DNA of 64,000 nucleotides from Convolutriloba macropyga (taxonomy: Eukaryota), in NCBI RefSeq assembly GCF_964194025.1, contig NC_134482.1:9858001-9922000 (forward strand), in the 5' to 3' direction. Shown in pieces: positions 61,899 to 64,000 of the stretch (positions within the stretch are counted from its first letter, which is position 1; each line of letters begins with the position of its first letter). The notes below the pieces were generated by a model, which was given only the letters and a program-made list of their open reading frames with translations, was not told the origin of the DNA and ran no database searches. Made by a program: the position numbers and the translations under genes.

Positions 61899-62548
61899 AT
61901 GGTTCATATTTTAGCAGCCAGCTCACTCCATCCCGCGGTAAAGAGTGTTCAATACAGTGAAAAGAAGGAACTCCTGACAAAAATAACAACAGTACCTGGA
62001 CTCTCTTTCAACCCCAATACAAAGAATCGGTTGAAAAACGCACAGAATCTTCTGGTTAAGGGCAGATTGAGCACAAGGACCGATATTGTTGTGTGGCATG
62101 ATCTAACTAACAACAGTATCTCAAGGCACAAATCGAATACCTACAGACCAAGTAGTGTATAAAAGCTAACAAACTACTTGACCACGAATAACAACAAGTT
62201 TAAAGCGCTTGTATACTGTCAGCGCACGGGAACCCTGATATTTTCAAAGAGTTGTTGAGCATTGGGATACTGGTTCAGAGGGTGACAAAGCACCCGATAC
62301 CGAAACGGAAGGGGAAAACACAGCTAGGAGACTACAGCGTGCTCCACCAGGAACCGGCACGTGAGATCAAATCATTGGACATTGTCCTGCGCCACCAAGG
62401 AAAACTGAAAGCTCTGCTCAAAAACGGAAAAGGCAAGAACCTCAGAAAACGACAGAGGAAGGCGGGAGCAAAGGTAAGACTGGTAGAAAGAACACAAAAC
62501 GAGAGTATAGCTCGTGAACAATCGGGCTTTATTGTACCCTGTCCTTGA
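61899..62548 (+). pseudogene. Upstream ORF (~215 aa when repaired) with SGNH-hydrolase-like motif spacing
   Basis: One stop (62160-62162) and one frameshift (~62235) join ORFs 61899 and 62252: HILAASS / VPGLS / IVVWHDLTNN / SVLHQ, then a basic tail. Confidence 0.55.
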
Positions 62549-62559
62549 GCGAGCTTGCG

Positions 62560-64000
62560 TGATGTGCGAAATTCTGCCACAACCATGGCTTAGATACATT
62601 CTCAGGCACAACAACTGCTTAAAACAATTCCTAAACTATGTAAAATCTTCAAATAAACTGTTAAACTGTAAATATCGATTAGATTTTTTGAAAAACTGTA
62701 ATAACAATGATATCATTCCGTATTTTTTTAAGGTTCGGAATTCCCAAAAACGAAGTTTTTTCAGATCAAGCGGTGCACAGCTTTCAGATTAAGCTCTTAT
62801 GGAAAAAAACAAGTCGTGCGGAACAAGGCCGTAGATTATTATATGAAAAACTTGGAGAGAATATGGGAATTCTCAGGAAATAGGCGAAAAAAGAACTATT
62901 ACCTTTAATTGTGTACAGCAGTAGAAAGGAAATGAGAGATCATTCCGATCATTCCATCAAGTTAGCGAAGCTGTCTGAGAGACAAGACAGGCCTTTGCAG
63001 AATGGATCTCATAATAATGTTGTTACAGTGGACGGTGTTGAACTGCCGAAACTTGTCCTGGACGTTTTATCGTTAGGTCCAAAGCATCCAGTCAGGGACC
63101 AATTTATTGAAGTGCACTTCCTTGCGGATTTAGCAAGATTAGTTCGGGAGTTAAGGGAGAACAAAACTGATGGTGAAAATTTATTTGAAATAGAATCGTC
63201 TGCCAAATGGAACGCCAAGAATGTACTTGAGACACCAATGGATAGAGTGGTTAAAAAAGCTAATGATTTTTTGAAAGAACAAAAACTTCTAGCTGTACTT
63301 TTTGATAAATGTTGCGGTTTTTGTGTTATGAAACAGACAACATACTCGGATAAGCTAAATGAAATCCTGAGCACCAGTCAGTTTGAGCCTCGTAATGAAG
63401 AAAGTGATGATCTAACAATAAGAACGGAAAAACTGATAAATAGCAGTTTGCATCAATTAATGAAACAGAAAGAGATAAGTGAAAAGATTTATCACAAGCC
63501 CAGGACAACTGGATCGCGACCGGCCAGGCTTTATGGAGTTGCTAAAGTACATAAAAACGGTACGCTGCTTCAGATTGTTCTGTCAATACCCGGTAGCAGT
63601 TAAGAGAACGTCAATAAATTTCTCTCTCCCTTTTTCGAGAAGTTACCAGGTGCAAATATTGAGACTAATTCGAAAGATGCCAGAGCCGCTCTAGAGGCTA
63701 CCAAATTGGATCAAGATGAGCTAGTGGTATCTCTCGATGTAAAAAGCTTTTACACCAATGTACCGGTTGAGGAGGCAATTGAAATTAAAAGAACTGTACT
63801 CCAGTGACGAGGTACCTGAGAGTCCAAGGCTAGCTATGAAGAGCCTTTTGAGACCAGCCGTAACGAATGTTCACTTTAAGTGTAATAAAATGTGGTACAC
63901 TCAATCGGACGGTTTAGCAATGGGTTTTTCGCTGGGGGTAATTTGGCAAATTTGTGGATGAAATCCTTTGAAAAATCTTTGCAGAAACCAAAAGAGGGAA
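62560..64000 (+). pseudogene. PLE reverse transcriptase ORF (frameshifts and stops)
   Basis: ORF pieces at 62514, 62911 and 63758 plus intervening frames. Confidence 0.88.

Larger units (their letters stand above)
61720..64000 (+). mobile_element. Penelope-like retroelement (Poseidon-type RT), decayed, runs off the window end
   Basis: RLDFLKNC..IIP N-terminus; LSLGPKH, FDK, RLYGVAKVHK, VLSIPGS, SLDVKSFYTNVPV, YTQSDGLAMG. Confidence 0.9.

Overview
AT-rich, repeat-dense eukaryotic (metazoan-type, spliceosomal introns) DNA with two N-gaps (25114-25330, 34241-34440). (1) 1-17515: a decayed Ty3/Gypsy LTR retrotransposon (Mag-like; 387-bp LTRs; most complete copy 11149-17515), preceded by recent tandem duplications of its 5' part, integrase fragments and flanking repeats. 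(2) 22488-48943 (-): a 7-exon STAMBP/AMSH-like JAMM deubiquitinase gene (~384 aa). Its 14.5-kb intron 4 contains a complete 7-exon alkaline phosphatase gene on the opposite strand (31843-38105, ~531 aa, predicted GPI anchor). (3) 56728-60464 (-): a 3-exon LENG1-like gene. (4) ~61720-64000: a decayed Penelope-like retroelement with an extra upstream SGNH-like ORF and a degenerate hammerhead-like motif. Introns and intergenic DNA hold several families of non-autonomous elements with Helentron/HINE (DINE-1-like) architecture, LINE fragments, a tRNA-derived SINE with TSD and an empty paralogous site, and MITE-like inverted repeats. All gene models were built by eye from GT-AG sites, phase continuity and recalled protein motifs; no database search was run, and identities quoted are visual estimates.
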